IMG/VR virus record: IMGVR_UViG_3300009508_000004
DNA from: a virus
Strand: one strand, 5' to 3'
DNA length: 62,535 bases
Shown here: positions 7,924-14,911 of the stretch, in pieces
Position numbering within the stretch: position 1 is the stretch's first letter
Layout of the letters: each line of letters opens with the position of its first letter
The notes under the pieces: model-generated
Database searches by the model: none
Told to the model about the DNA's origin: nothing
Seen by the model: only the letters and a program-made list of their open reading frames with translations
Program-made: the position numbers and the translations under genes

Positions 7924-7968
7924 TTTTACAAGATGAACACGATACCGAATCGATAATATAAATGTAAC
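7924..7968 (+). promoter_or_regulatory. Early promoter-like cassette, copy 8 of 14
   Basis: ttttacaagatgaacacgataccgaatcgataatataaatgtaac; ATG at 7990. An extra cttacaaatg half-site lies at 7904. Confidence 0.6.
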
Positions 7969-7989
7969 TGAGAAACAAAAAAAAATAGT

Positions 7990-8190
7990 ATGAAAAACTA
8001 CAATGGTAAAGAAGTAAAGTTGGTGTGTGAAAGCACCGGTGTTGAGAAGGGTATCGGTGATACGGTATTGAGTTTTCGCGGAGAGTTGGCGACTATTAAG
8101 TCGATGCGACCACCGCACAAGTCGAGTTCAAGTGGTTTCGTAAATAGCTTCTATGCTCACGTGTATAACCTAAAATTCGTTGAGGTATGA
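7990..8190 (+). CDS. Hypothetical early protein (66 aa)
   Basis: Track ORF; ATG 22 nt after copy 8. Confidence 0.6.
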   Translation: MKNYNGKEVKLVCESTGVEKGIGDTVLSFRGELATIKSMRPPHKSSSSGFVNSFYAHVYNLKFVEV

Positions 8191-8417
8191 GTAAGTTAAA
8201 GATAGGTGATAAAGTATGGTGGCGAGGTGGCTTCGGTAGCGATCCGCGTAAGGTAGCGACTGTTGAAGAAATTGAAGTTACCGGTGGCTACAAGTACGGT
8301 GAGCACGTTGACGAAGTTGATTGGGACGAAGTATACGACCGTAATGTTGTGGTGAGCTTCTCTGACTACTCTAATTGGGCTTACGCTAGTCAGATAAAAC
8401 GGTACATACAAGATTAA
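8187..8417 (+). CDS. Hypothetical early protein (76 aa)
   Basis: Track ORF with an ATGA start/stop overlap with the upstream gene. The C-terminal YIQD* codons form the 5' half of copy 9. Confidence 0.6.
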   Translation: MSKLKIGDKVWWRGGFGSDPRKVATVEEIEVTGGYKYGEHVDEVDWDEVYDRNVVVSFSDYSNWAYASQIKRYIQD

Positions 8418-8448
8418 CACGAGCACCGATCGATAATATAAACGTAAA
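8405..8448 (+). promoter_or_regulatory. Early promoter-like cassette, copy 9 of 14
   Basis: catacaagattaacacgagcaccgatcgataatataaacgtaaa; ATG at 8460. Confidence 0.6.
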
Positions 8449-8459
8449 ACAAAAGTATT

Positions 8460-8603
8460 ATGACTGACGAACAAATAATGAATGCACCTGTGTGGCCGAG
8501 TCGACTAATCTTCAATGCCTCGCTGTTGTACCACAAGAAACTAAAAGACCTAAGCAACGATGAGTTGTTGGCAGTAAAAAAGTATTCACTAAACATTAAG
8601 TAA
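8460..8603 (+). CDS. Hypothetical early protein (47 aa)
   Basis: Below the track cutoff: MTDEQIMNAPVWPSRLIFNASLLYHKKLKDLSNDELLAVKKYSLNIK. Confidence 0.45.
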   Translation: MTDEQIMNAPVWPSRLIFNASLLYHKKLKDLSNDELLAVKKYSLNIK

Positions 8604-8605
8604 TT

Positions 8606-8836
8606 ATGAACCGACCTTATAAATACATTACGGTGCTTGACTACTCAAACGGCCAAGTATACCTGTACGACTACGACGAAACTGAAATGCCAAATGCGGT
8701 GAGCTTTGTTTCCTCACGCCACGACTTAGATAAAGTAAACTATATGGTGCACCAATATACACCAGCACTATGGACGAAAGATTTGTACTACTGCAATAGA
8801 GAGCAAGCGTACCAATTAACTAGCGAAGAAGGCTAA
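8606..8836 (+). CDS. Hypothetical early protein (76 aa)
   Basis: Track ORF, 2 nt after the previous stop. Confidence 0.6.
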   Translation: MNRPYKYITVLDYSNGQVYLYDYDETEMPNAVSFVSSRHDLDKVNYMVHQYTPALWTKDLYYCNREQAYQLTSEEG

Positions 8837-8880
8837 CTTACAAAACTAACACGGCCACCGATCGATAATATCAATGTAAC
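8837..8880 (+). promoter_or_regulatory. Early promoter-like cassette, copy 10 of 14
   Basis: cttacaaaactaacacggccaccgatcgataatatcaatgtaac; ATG at 8894. Confidence 0.6.
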
Positions 8881-8893
8881 TAAAACGAGTACT

Positions 8894-9277
8894 ATGAAAT
8901 TCATTAAAAAAACAAAACAGGGTAACTTACACTATATTCTTAGTGATGGCCGTATCGGTGCCATATACCCGGATACCGGTTATGTTCGAGTGTCTCACTC
9001 TATGAAAGGTTTCACTGATGACGAACGCGGTCGGTTCTACCTTAAACGCCAACGCCAGCGTAATATTGATGCAGTGCGTAACAATTCTACCGGCTCTTTA
9101 AAGATGTACCAAATCAACCCACAACGTAAAACCGATCGCTATGTAGTATGGAGCGTCGATAAATACGGTCGCGAGTTGTACTACAAATATACTGCCACCG
9201 AGCGTGTGCTATACCCAAACGATACCATAACCCTCGTTCTTTTACTTCAAAAGTTCGAAAATAAAAACTGCAAATAA
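8894..9277 (+). CDS. Hypothetical basic early protein (127 aa)
   Basis: Track ORF. Confidence 0.65.
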   Translation: MKFIKKTKQGNLHYILSDGRIGAIYPDTGYVRVSHSMKGFTDDERGRFYLKRQRQRNIDAVRNNSTGSLKMYQINPQRKTDRYVVWSVDKYGRELYYKYTATERVLYPNDTITLVLLLQKFENKNCK

Positions 9278-9651
9278 TGGAAATTAAAGCAACACCATTG
9301 TCGCACTCTAAAAAAATTGAGTTTGACGTCAACAAAGTAAAACAAGTATACTATGGCCGTCTCGATAACTGCCGTTGCGGTTGTGCAGGTGATTACTACC
9401 AACCCGGTGTAACACCTAAAGCTGACGCTTTTATTACTAAAGCACTTGAAATACTCAACAAGTATTCTAACTCACCGCACGAGCAAGTAATGTACGATCG
9501 CTTTACCTACAAAGACCCAACACAAAACGAGTTGTACTTTGAAATACAAACCGAAACACGTGACTTCGCTTGGCGCCCCGATGATGACGACGACGACTAC
9601 TGGGAAAGTGATGAGGGTGATGTAGGGTATGCATTCTACATACAAGATTAA
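9277..9651 (+). CDS. Hypothetical protein with CRCGC motif and poly-Asp tail (124 aa)
   Basis: Track ORF. Contains NCRCGCAGDYY and PDDDDDDYWESDEGD. The C-terminal YIQD* codons form the 5' half of copy 11. Confidence 0.65.
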   Translation: MEIKATPLSHSKKIEFDVNKVKQVYYGRLDNCRCGCAGDYYQPGVTPKADAFITKALEILNKYSNSPHEQVMYDRFTYKDPTQNELYFEIQTETRDFAWRPDDDDDDYWESDEGDVGYAFYIQD

Positions 9652-9680
9652 CACGACACCTAATCGATAATATAATAAAC
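9639..9680 (+). promoter_or_regulatory. Early promoter-like cassette, copy 11 of 14
   Basis: catacaagattaacacgacacctaatcgataatataataaac; ATG at 9688. Confidence 0.55.
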
Positions 9681-9687
9681 AAACGAT

Positions 9688-9885
9688 ATGACACAGAAAG
9701 AACTCACTACGCATGCTACGGTTATTACCGAAGCCGTACTAGACAACATGTACTCTACCGTATCTAATTATATGGAAGACGTACTCGAACACGACCCTTA
9801 CATGGAAGACTTCAGTGCAGTGCACGACGAAATATTCTTTGAGTGTGTGAAAGCAATTGGTAACCTTCAAATTTCTATAAAATGA
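9688..9885 (+). CDS. Hypothetical acidic early protein (65 aa)
   Basis: Track ORF. Confidence 0.6.
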   Translation: MTQKELTTHATVITEAVLDNMYSTVSNYMEDVLEHDPYMEDFSAVHDEIFFECVKAIGNLQISIK

Positions 9886-10196
9886 CACTAGAACAACTGA
9901 ATCAAATGAGTTACGATAAAATCGTATTTCTCTGGAATGAATACTGCGAAGAAGTCAACTACTTCACCGACATGCTATACACCAACGACGACGAAGCCTT
10001 CAGTACATTCGGTTTCACGATCAACGGCACGCTAATGAATAGTAGTAACGACGTATATGATTGGGACGACGAATTCGTAACTGCTGACGGCTATGGTAAC
10101 CCATTGTCCGCTGCAGACCCTAAAATACTTATGGACCTTGATGCCCTGCTCGAGTGGTACTTACAAAAGCAACACGACAGCGAATCGATAAAATAA
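9882..10196 (+). CDS. Hypothetical acidic early protein (104 aa)
   Basis: Track ORF with an ATGA overlap. Its 3' end reads through cassette copy 12 (..WYLQKQHDSESIK*). Confidence 0.65.
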   Translation: MTLEQLNQMSYDKIVFLWNEYCEEVNYFTDMLYTNDDEAFSTFGFTINGTLMNSSNDVYDWDDEFVTADGYGNPLSAADPKILMDLDALLEWYLQKQHDSESIK

Positions 10197-10203
10197 TTGT
10201 AAC
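10160..10203 (+). promoter_or_regulatory. Early promoter-like cassette, copy 12 of 14
   Basis: cttacaaaagcaacacgacagcgaatcgataaaataattgtaac; ATG at 10222. Confidence 0.55.
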
Positions 10204-10221
10204 TAATAAAAACTTATAACT

Positions 10222-10473
10222 ATGGAAACACTTTATGACCGCTTAAAGCCTGAATTATTAGGCAAGCTAATGAAAAACCGCAAAAAGTATGAATTTTCTG
10301 TTAACCGATGTATAACTCTATTAAGTAGCAACCACCGCTACCACGACTTAACTATCGACGATGCAAACTACATATCTACATTTGTCGAAGCCGATTGGGT
10401 AAACGCTACATGCGTCGAGCTACGCCACGGCAGCTATATGTTTAACGAACCAAAAACTACTAACGATGAGTGA
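10222..10473 (+). CDS. Hypothetical early protein (83 aa)
   Basis: Track ORF. Confidence 0.6.
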   Translation: METLYDRLKPELLGKLMKNRKKYEFSVNRCITLLSSNHRYHDLTIDDANYISTFVEADWVNATCVELRHGSYMFNEPKTTNDE

Positions 10474-10855
10474 TTTTATACCACAAGACCCTGACAACTT
10501 AGAAGACTTTAAAGATATACTTGCTGAGTACAACAAAATGCAAAACAGCGAACTTCAATTCTTCTTCGACGAACACCCGAGCGATATTGATTTTATGGTC
10601 AACAACGAATACACCGCTGACGGCTACGATGTGTGGGTAATGCGATCTGATAGCGAAGGCATATACTTAAGCGAAAATGTGTACTACCATGAGCCTAGCG
10701 GCGACGACGTGCTTAATCAGCTAGACTATATGTCTGACGACTGCAAAATATACTGCGAGATCGACTCAATGGAAATCGAATATACTTTGAAAGACCGCTT
10801 ATATGTTAACTATGATAACTACAAAACCAACTTAGAAGATGAAAAAGTTAAATAA
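10466..10855 (+). CDS. Hypothetical strongly acidic early protein (129 aa)
   Basis: Track ORF, very D/E/Y-rich. Confidence 0.65.
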   Translation: MSDFIPQDPDNLEDFKDILAEYNKMQNSELQFFFDEHPSDIDFMVNNEYTADGYDVWVMRSDSEGIYLSENVYYHEPSGDDVLNQLDYMSDDCKIYCEIDSMEIEYTLKDRLYVNYDNYKTNLEDEKVK

Positions 10856-11081
10856 AGAAATGCGCCCACTACCTAAATGGTTTGATGGTGAAGTATATAC
10901 CGAGGGCGGTACAGCCCGTAACCCATACACTGGTGAGACTGCAGAATTAAATGCACACGAGCTTACCATGTACGATCTTATTCTAGGCGCCGAAGCTATG
11001 GGCGCTTATAGAGTAATGCAGCAGGGACTAGGTTGGTTCCGACTTGCAAATGCTGAGGCCTATATGGTGTTACTCGATTAG
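10839..11081 (+). CDS. Hypothetical early protein (80 aa)
   Basis: Track ORF. Confidence 0.6.
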   Translation: MKKLNKEMRPLPKWFDGEVYTEGGTARNPYTGETAELNAHELTMYDLILGAEAMGAYRVMQQGLGWFRLANAEAYMVLLD

Positions 11082-11139
11082 TTACGAGATGTAAGAGCGC
11101 TGGAGATAATATTTTTAGCGGAGTAGGGTCAAAGGCGTT

Positions 11140-11180
11140 CTTACAAAACTAACACGAGTACCCAACGATAATATAATAAA
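11140..11180 (+). promoter_or_regulatory. Early promoter-like cassette, copy 13 of 14
   Basis: cttacaaaactaacacgagtacccaacgataatataataaa; ATG at 11190. Confidence 0.55.
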
Positions 11181-11189
11181 CAAAAGAAA

Positions 11190-11897
11190 ATGAGCAAGAA
11201 AGTAATATGGTTTGACGGTAGCAATGTGTTTGTCGCTCGCAAGGGTAAAACAACAAATGCTAAGATATCAGATGGTTCACCTGTTCTGCAAACATATACC
11301 TTTAGCTACGAGCAGTGGAGTTTGGCCACTACTAGCAAAGGTTTTGGTATCAAAACATTCTTTGCACTTGACGGATCAAATTGTCTGGACTGCCCATTTT
11401 CTTTAGGTAACGGTAACGGCGGTTGCTATACGCACAAATTCCAACAATACGTCGGCTTTCTTTCACTGCTACGAAGTATCAAACCTGAAGAACTCAGCCC
11501 CTTCAACGATTTGAAATTCAAGCAGTTACTGAAGTTAGCTTCGAGGTCTTATGTAAGATTTGGTACGTATGGCGAGCCGTCGCTTATCGCTCCTAATGTT
11601 GTTGCTGCGATCGTTGCAGTAGCTAAAACATGGACGGGTTACACCCACCAATGGAACAAACCATTCGCTGCTGAGCACGGTAAATACTTTATGGCTTCCG
11701 TACATAATCAAGCTGAAGCTAACGTTGCACGTAATAAAGCATACCGATCTTTTATTGCAAGTAACGATAATTCTGAAAAAGCCGTATCTTGTCCAGCCTC
11801 TAAAGAAGCAGGCTTTAAATCTAACTGCGCTAAGTGTGGCTTATGCAGTGGTGTACTTGGCAAGGGTAATAAAGACATTAAAATACTACAACACTAA
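11190..11897 (+). CDS. Cys-rich protein (235 aa), GP88-family-like
   Basis: N-terminal cluster CLDCPFSLGNGNGGCYT, central RFGTYGEPS and TGYTHQW, C-terminal cluster CPA...CAKCGLCSG. The resemblance to the phage GP88 family is recalled from memory, not searched. Confidence 0.4.
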   Translation: MSKKVIWFDGSNVFVARKGKTTNAKISDGSPVLQTYTFSYEQWSLATTSKGFGIKTFFALDGSNCLDCPFSLGNGNGGCYTHKFQQYVGFLSLLRSIKPEELSPFNDLKFKQLLKLASRSYVRFGTYGEPSLIAPNVVAAIVAVAKTWTGYTHQWNKPFAAEHGKYFMASVHNQAEANVARNKAYRSFIASNDNSEKAVSCPASKEAGFKSNCAKCGLCSGVLGKGNKDIKILQH

Positions 11898-12436
11898 TGA
11901 TAGACGCAACTTTCGATCAACAATTGCTAGTCCGCAATTACTGGTCAACTATAGAAGAAACTCATGATGTTGGCCGTAACCGCGAACGCCGAAATGTGCT
12001 ATACCGCTTTGCTTTCTTCGTAGCGTGCCGTGAGCTTTCTAACTTATCACTGAGTACCATTGGTCGTATACTAAAAAAAGACCATGCGACGGTCATACAT
12101 GCAATGAAATCCCACGAAAGCAATTACCGCTTCGATACACAATATCGTGAAGTATACACTGAGATACACACTTGTTTAAAAGATATCATTGGAGAAAACA
12201 CTGAGCAGGTATATAATGTAATTAAGCAGCGAGCTATGCAGGTTGATCCTGATTTGTACCATGATCATATCATTGAAACGTACAAACAGCGTCTTACTGC
12301 CCAAGAGCGTGAGCATAAAGACAGCACTGAGGTATTAAAAAGTACTTTGCTAAAAACACAAAAACACAATAGAACACTACAAAAGCGCCTTGACGCTTTA
12401 AATACTGAATGTTTAAGACTAAAAAATCTATTATGA
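11897..12436 (+). CDS. DnaA domain IV-like helix-turn-helix DNA-binding protein (179 aa)
   Basis: RNVLYRFAFFVACRELSNLSLSTIGRILKKDHATVIHAMKS matches the DnaA C-terminal signature (R..amYL.reLt..Sl..IG..f..rDHtTVlhA). Coiled-coil tail. Confidence 0.6.
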   Translation: MIDATFDQQLLVRNYWSTIEETHDVGRNRERRNVLYRFAFFVACRELSNLSLSTIGRILKKDHATVIHAMKSHESNYRFDTQYREVYTEIHTCLKDIIGENTEQVYNVIKQRAMQVDPDLYHDHIIETYKQRLTAQEREHKDSTEVLKSTLLKTQKHNRTLQKRLDALNTECLRLKNLL

Positions 12437-12573
12437 GCAAGATGAAACAGTTTTTACGTATCGCTAATGCAAGACTACGTAAGGTTTACAAAAACAAACA
12501 ACAAAGAAAAGCGTGGGCCGCTAATATGTGGCGCCGATGGATAGAAAGACAGAATATAGAACAAGACTTATAG
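12433..12573 (+). CDS. Small basic protein (46 aa)
   Basis: Below the track cutoff: MSKMKQFLRIANARLRKVYKNKQQRKAWAANMWRRWIERQNIEQDL. ATGA overlap with the upstream stop. Confidence 0.4.
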   Translation: MSKMKQFLRIANARLRKVYKNKQQRKAWAANMWRRWIERQNIEQDL

Positions 12574-12654
12574 GGGGAGGGATTTTACTAACTTAATATA
12601 AAAGTGTAATGGTTATTCACACCCTCCCTTTATAACCTTTAAAACAAAAGAAAA

Positions 12655-12828
12655 ATGAAAAACATATTTAAGATCACCATCGAGCAATACGATAACAAAG
12701 CAAGCGTAGAGGTTAAACAAGCCGACCTTACGGTATCAGAAGCTATGGAGCTAATTCAAAGAGCATTATTAGGTATAGGCTACGCACAATCTTCAGTAGA
12801 AAAGTACTTTAACACCAAAGAGAAATGA
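12655..12828 (+). CDS. Hypothetical protein (57 aa)
   Basis: Below the track cutoff: MKNIFKITIEQYDNKASVEVKQADLTVSEAMELIQRALLGIGYAQSSVEKYFNTKEK. Followed by three ATGA-coupled micro-ORFs. Confidence 0.4.
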   Translation: MKNIFKITIEQYDNKASVEVKQADLTVSEAMELIQRALLGIGYAQSSVEKYFNTKEK

Positions 12829-13068
12829 GAGAGATACTACTTGAGATGTACGAAAAGCTATGGGAAGCTGACAAGGATAAGTTTACTTGGAATGCAATAC
12901 TAAAGGATACACTTGAGAAATTAGAAAAGAAATGAAAGAGATAGTAATAATCACTTTGCTTGTAAGTGTGATGTTTATGTACCTCACTAATAAAGAAAAG
13001 AAATGAGAGACATAATAAATTTGTGCGATCGTGACCGTGATGACAACGGTATTGAAGCAGATTAAGTT

Positions 13069-13112
13069 CTTACAAAACGAACACGACACCTAAACGATAA
13101 TATATATGTAAC
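13069..13112 (+). promoter_or_regulatory. Early promoter-like cassette, copy 14 of 14 (last; heads the replication arm)
   Basis: cttacaaaacgaacacgacacctaaacgataatatatatgtaac; ATG at 13130. Confidence 0.6.
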
Positions 13113-13129
13113 AAATAAAACCAAATACT

Positions 13130-13360
13130 ATGACAACTAATGTAACAACCACTATCAACGTCGACAGCTCAATGATTGATTTTGCCGACTACAACCACGA
13201 AACCAACGACTTACTTGTGCAGTTTAAAAACACTAAGACAAAGTACATTTATAGCAATATACCTGGTTTCTTATTCCACGGTCTCTTTACCGCCGAAAGC
13301 AAGGGTAAGTTTATACACAAAAATATAATCAATGCCAAATTCAAATACGAACGACTTTAA
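13130..13360 (+). CDS. KTSC domain protein (76 aa)
   Basis: LLVQFKNTKTKYIYSNIPGFLFHGLFTAESKGKFIHKNI fits the KTSC pattern (Y.Y..vP..v...l..A.SkG.yf...I). Confidence 0.7.
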   Translation: MTTNVTTTINVDSSMIDFADYNHETNDLLVQFKNTKTKYIYSNIPGFLFHGLFTAESKGKFIHKNIINAKFKYERL

Positions 13361-13670
13361 CCTCAACGACGATCAAATAGAACGCTTAGCTGAAGCTATT
13401 GTAGAAAAGCTTTTTATTAAACAAGAAGAGTCCGACGCAAAGTTTCTTGCAGACTTAGAAGCATCTAATTCAAAAGCGGATATCTATATTGTAAACAATG
13501 ACGGTAGCGTGCTAAGTGAACTAGAGCAACAAATTAAATTACTTGAGCAAGAGTTTGAAGCAGCACTTAAAAAAGAATTATACAACACTGCAGCTGACCT
13601 CGATCTTAAACTTAAAATGTTAAAAAAACAACGTGATGAAAACAACAACACCGACGATGAAACCAACTAA
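13332..13670 (+). CDS. Hypothetical coiled-coil protein (112 aa)
   Basis: Track ORF, E/K/L-rich heptad-like sequence. Confidence 0.55.
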   Translation: MPNSNTNDFNLNDDQIERLAEAIVEKLFIKQEESDAKFLADLEASNSKADIYIVNNDGSVLSELEQQIKLLEQEFEAALKKELYNTAADLDLKLKMLKKQRDENNNTDDETN

Positions 13671-13974
13671 ACTACAACTTCGCGATTATGCTATACGTGC
13701 CGGTGCTTCTGAGCTCGTTAAGGATTGTATCGAAAACAAATTTAATCCAGGTAACGCTGATGACGTTGCTGAGTGGGTAGAAGAAACATTTGATTCTAAC
13801 TGCATTGGTGTGTTATGCGATGACGCATGGCAAGAAGCCGTATGGGAAATACTGCACGATGAGATCAACGATATGTTCTATCAATTTGTTAATGATGTAA
13901 AAACAGGTATGTACGAAAAAGCTGCATTATCAATAACCTCACTATACCATGATAAACAAGATGTTGGCCTCTGA
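13633..13974 (+). CDS. Hypothetical protein (113 aa)
   Basis: Track ORF. Confidence 0.55.
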   Translation: MMKTTTPTMKPTKLQLRDYAIRAGASELVKDCIENKFNPGNADDVAEWVEETFDSNCIGVLCDDAWQEAVWEILHDEINDMFYQFVNDVKTGMYEKAALSITSLYHDKQDVGL

Positions 13975-14110
13975 TCTAGTAATGATCATAGGGTGCGCTA
14001 CTGTCCTACTAATGCTAGTAGCTGATTTTATATACACTGAGTACTTATACCGTAAACCACACAAAGATGAATATCATAGAAAAAATAAAAAGCGAAGCGA
14101 TAACTGGTGA
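13961..14110 (+). CDS. Possible small membrane protein (49 aa)
   Basis: Below the track cutoff: MLASDLVMIIGCATVLLMLVADFIYTEYLYRKPHKDEYHRKNKKRSDNW. Confidence 0.35.
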   Translation: MLASDLVMIIGCATVLLMLVADFIYTEYLYRKPHKDEYHRKNKKRSDNW

Positions 14111-14191
14111 TCTGGTTGTGGTAACTCTTGATACAGAGTTAGATAGTGACGATAGCTAATTAAGATTATAATCAAAGCACCCTAATGTCGC

Positions 14192-14812
14192 ATGTCTAAA
14201 TACGAACGAAATATGGAGTACCTTAATAGAAGAAAGATTATATACCGAAGAAATCCTATCACTGATAAGCCTTCGCATGTATATGATTGGGGATTCTTCT
14301 ACGAAGAAGGTACACGAGAGTACTTTGCGTTGTTTGCGTCTAAAGCTAAGATCAATACATACAGGTCGCTCAAGTGGCACTTGCATGTATTGTGGCATCT
14401 TAACCATGCGATGACTCAAGATGAGTTTAGAGAAACAGCTTTTTACTTAGCCGATCGTGAAAACGGATTTGTAACGTTTACACTTTCCGAACAAACTCTT
14501 GAAACATTTATACACGATGTGTCTATAAAAGATTTAGACGAAAGGCCGCCGAATAAACCAAGAAAGATTATATTTAAAGATTCATGCCCCTTAAACAGAA
14601 TTGAGAAGCTAAAGATTGTAGGCCGTATTGTAGGCAAACAAAAGCTTTCTGAGACTGAAATATATGATGCAATGTTATTGCTTCATGATGATGGTGAGAA
14701 GCTAACTATTAATAAGATAGCTGAATCACTAGGAGTATCAGCGAGAACCATACACCGTAACATGTCTGCTGAGTTAAAAAAAGAGAAAGAACTGTTAAAT
14801 ACCACACTATGA
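14192..14812 (+). CDS. DNA-binding protein with C-terminal helix-turn-helix (206 aa); regulator or origin-binding candidate
   Basis: C-terminal LTINKIAESLGVSARTIHRNM is a classic HTH. Confidence 0.55.
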   Translation: MSKYERNMEYLNRRKIIYRRNPITDKPSHVYDWGFFYEEGTREYFALFASKAKINTYRSLKWHLHVLWHLNHAMTQDEFRETAFYLADRENGFVTFTLSEQTLETFIHDVSIKDLDERPPNKPRKIIFKDSCPLNRIEKLKIVGRIVGKQKLSETEIYDAMLLLHDDGEKLTINKIAESLGVSARTIHRNMSAELKKEKELLNTTL

Positions 14813-14911
14813 CAAAATTAACTAACTTTGATAAGTGGATGCGACACATTAATAATGTCCACTACGCTAACAACGAGCGCATGACCGCCGCTTACGACAT
14901 ACTTACAGATA

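Noticed and set aside
7828-8118. Track ORF 7828..8118 (-)
   Set aside because: It runs antisense across cassette copy 8 and the start of 7990..8190. Its sequence is poly-F/low complexity derived from T-runs. Judged spurious.
5114-13112. Could the 14 repeated cassettes be a CRISPR array or a MITE family?
   Set aside because: The spacers are 170-1900 bp and contain well-formed ORFs. The repeats are imperfect and all sit a fixed short distance upstream of ATG codons. There are no terminal inverted repeats or target-site duplications. A promoter-like regulatory element fits better.
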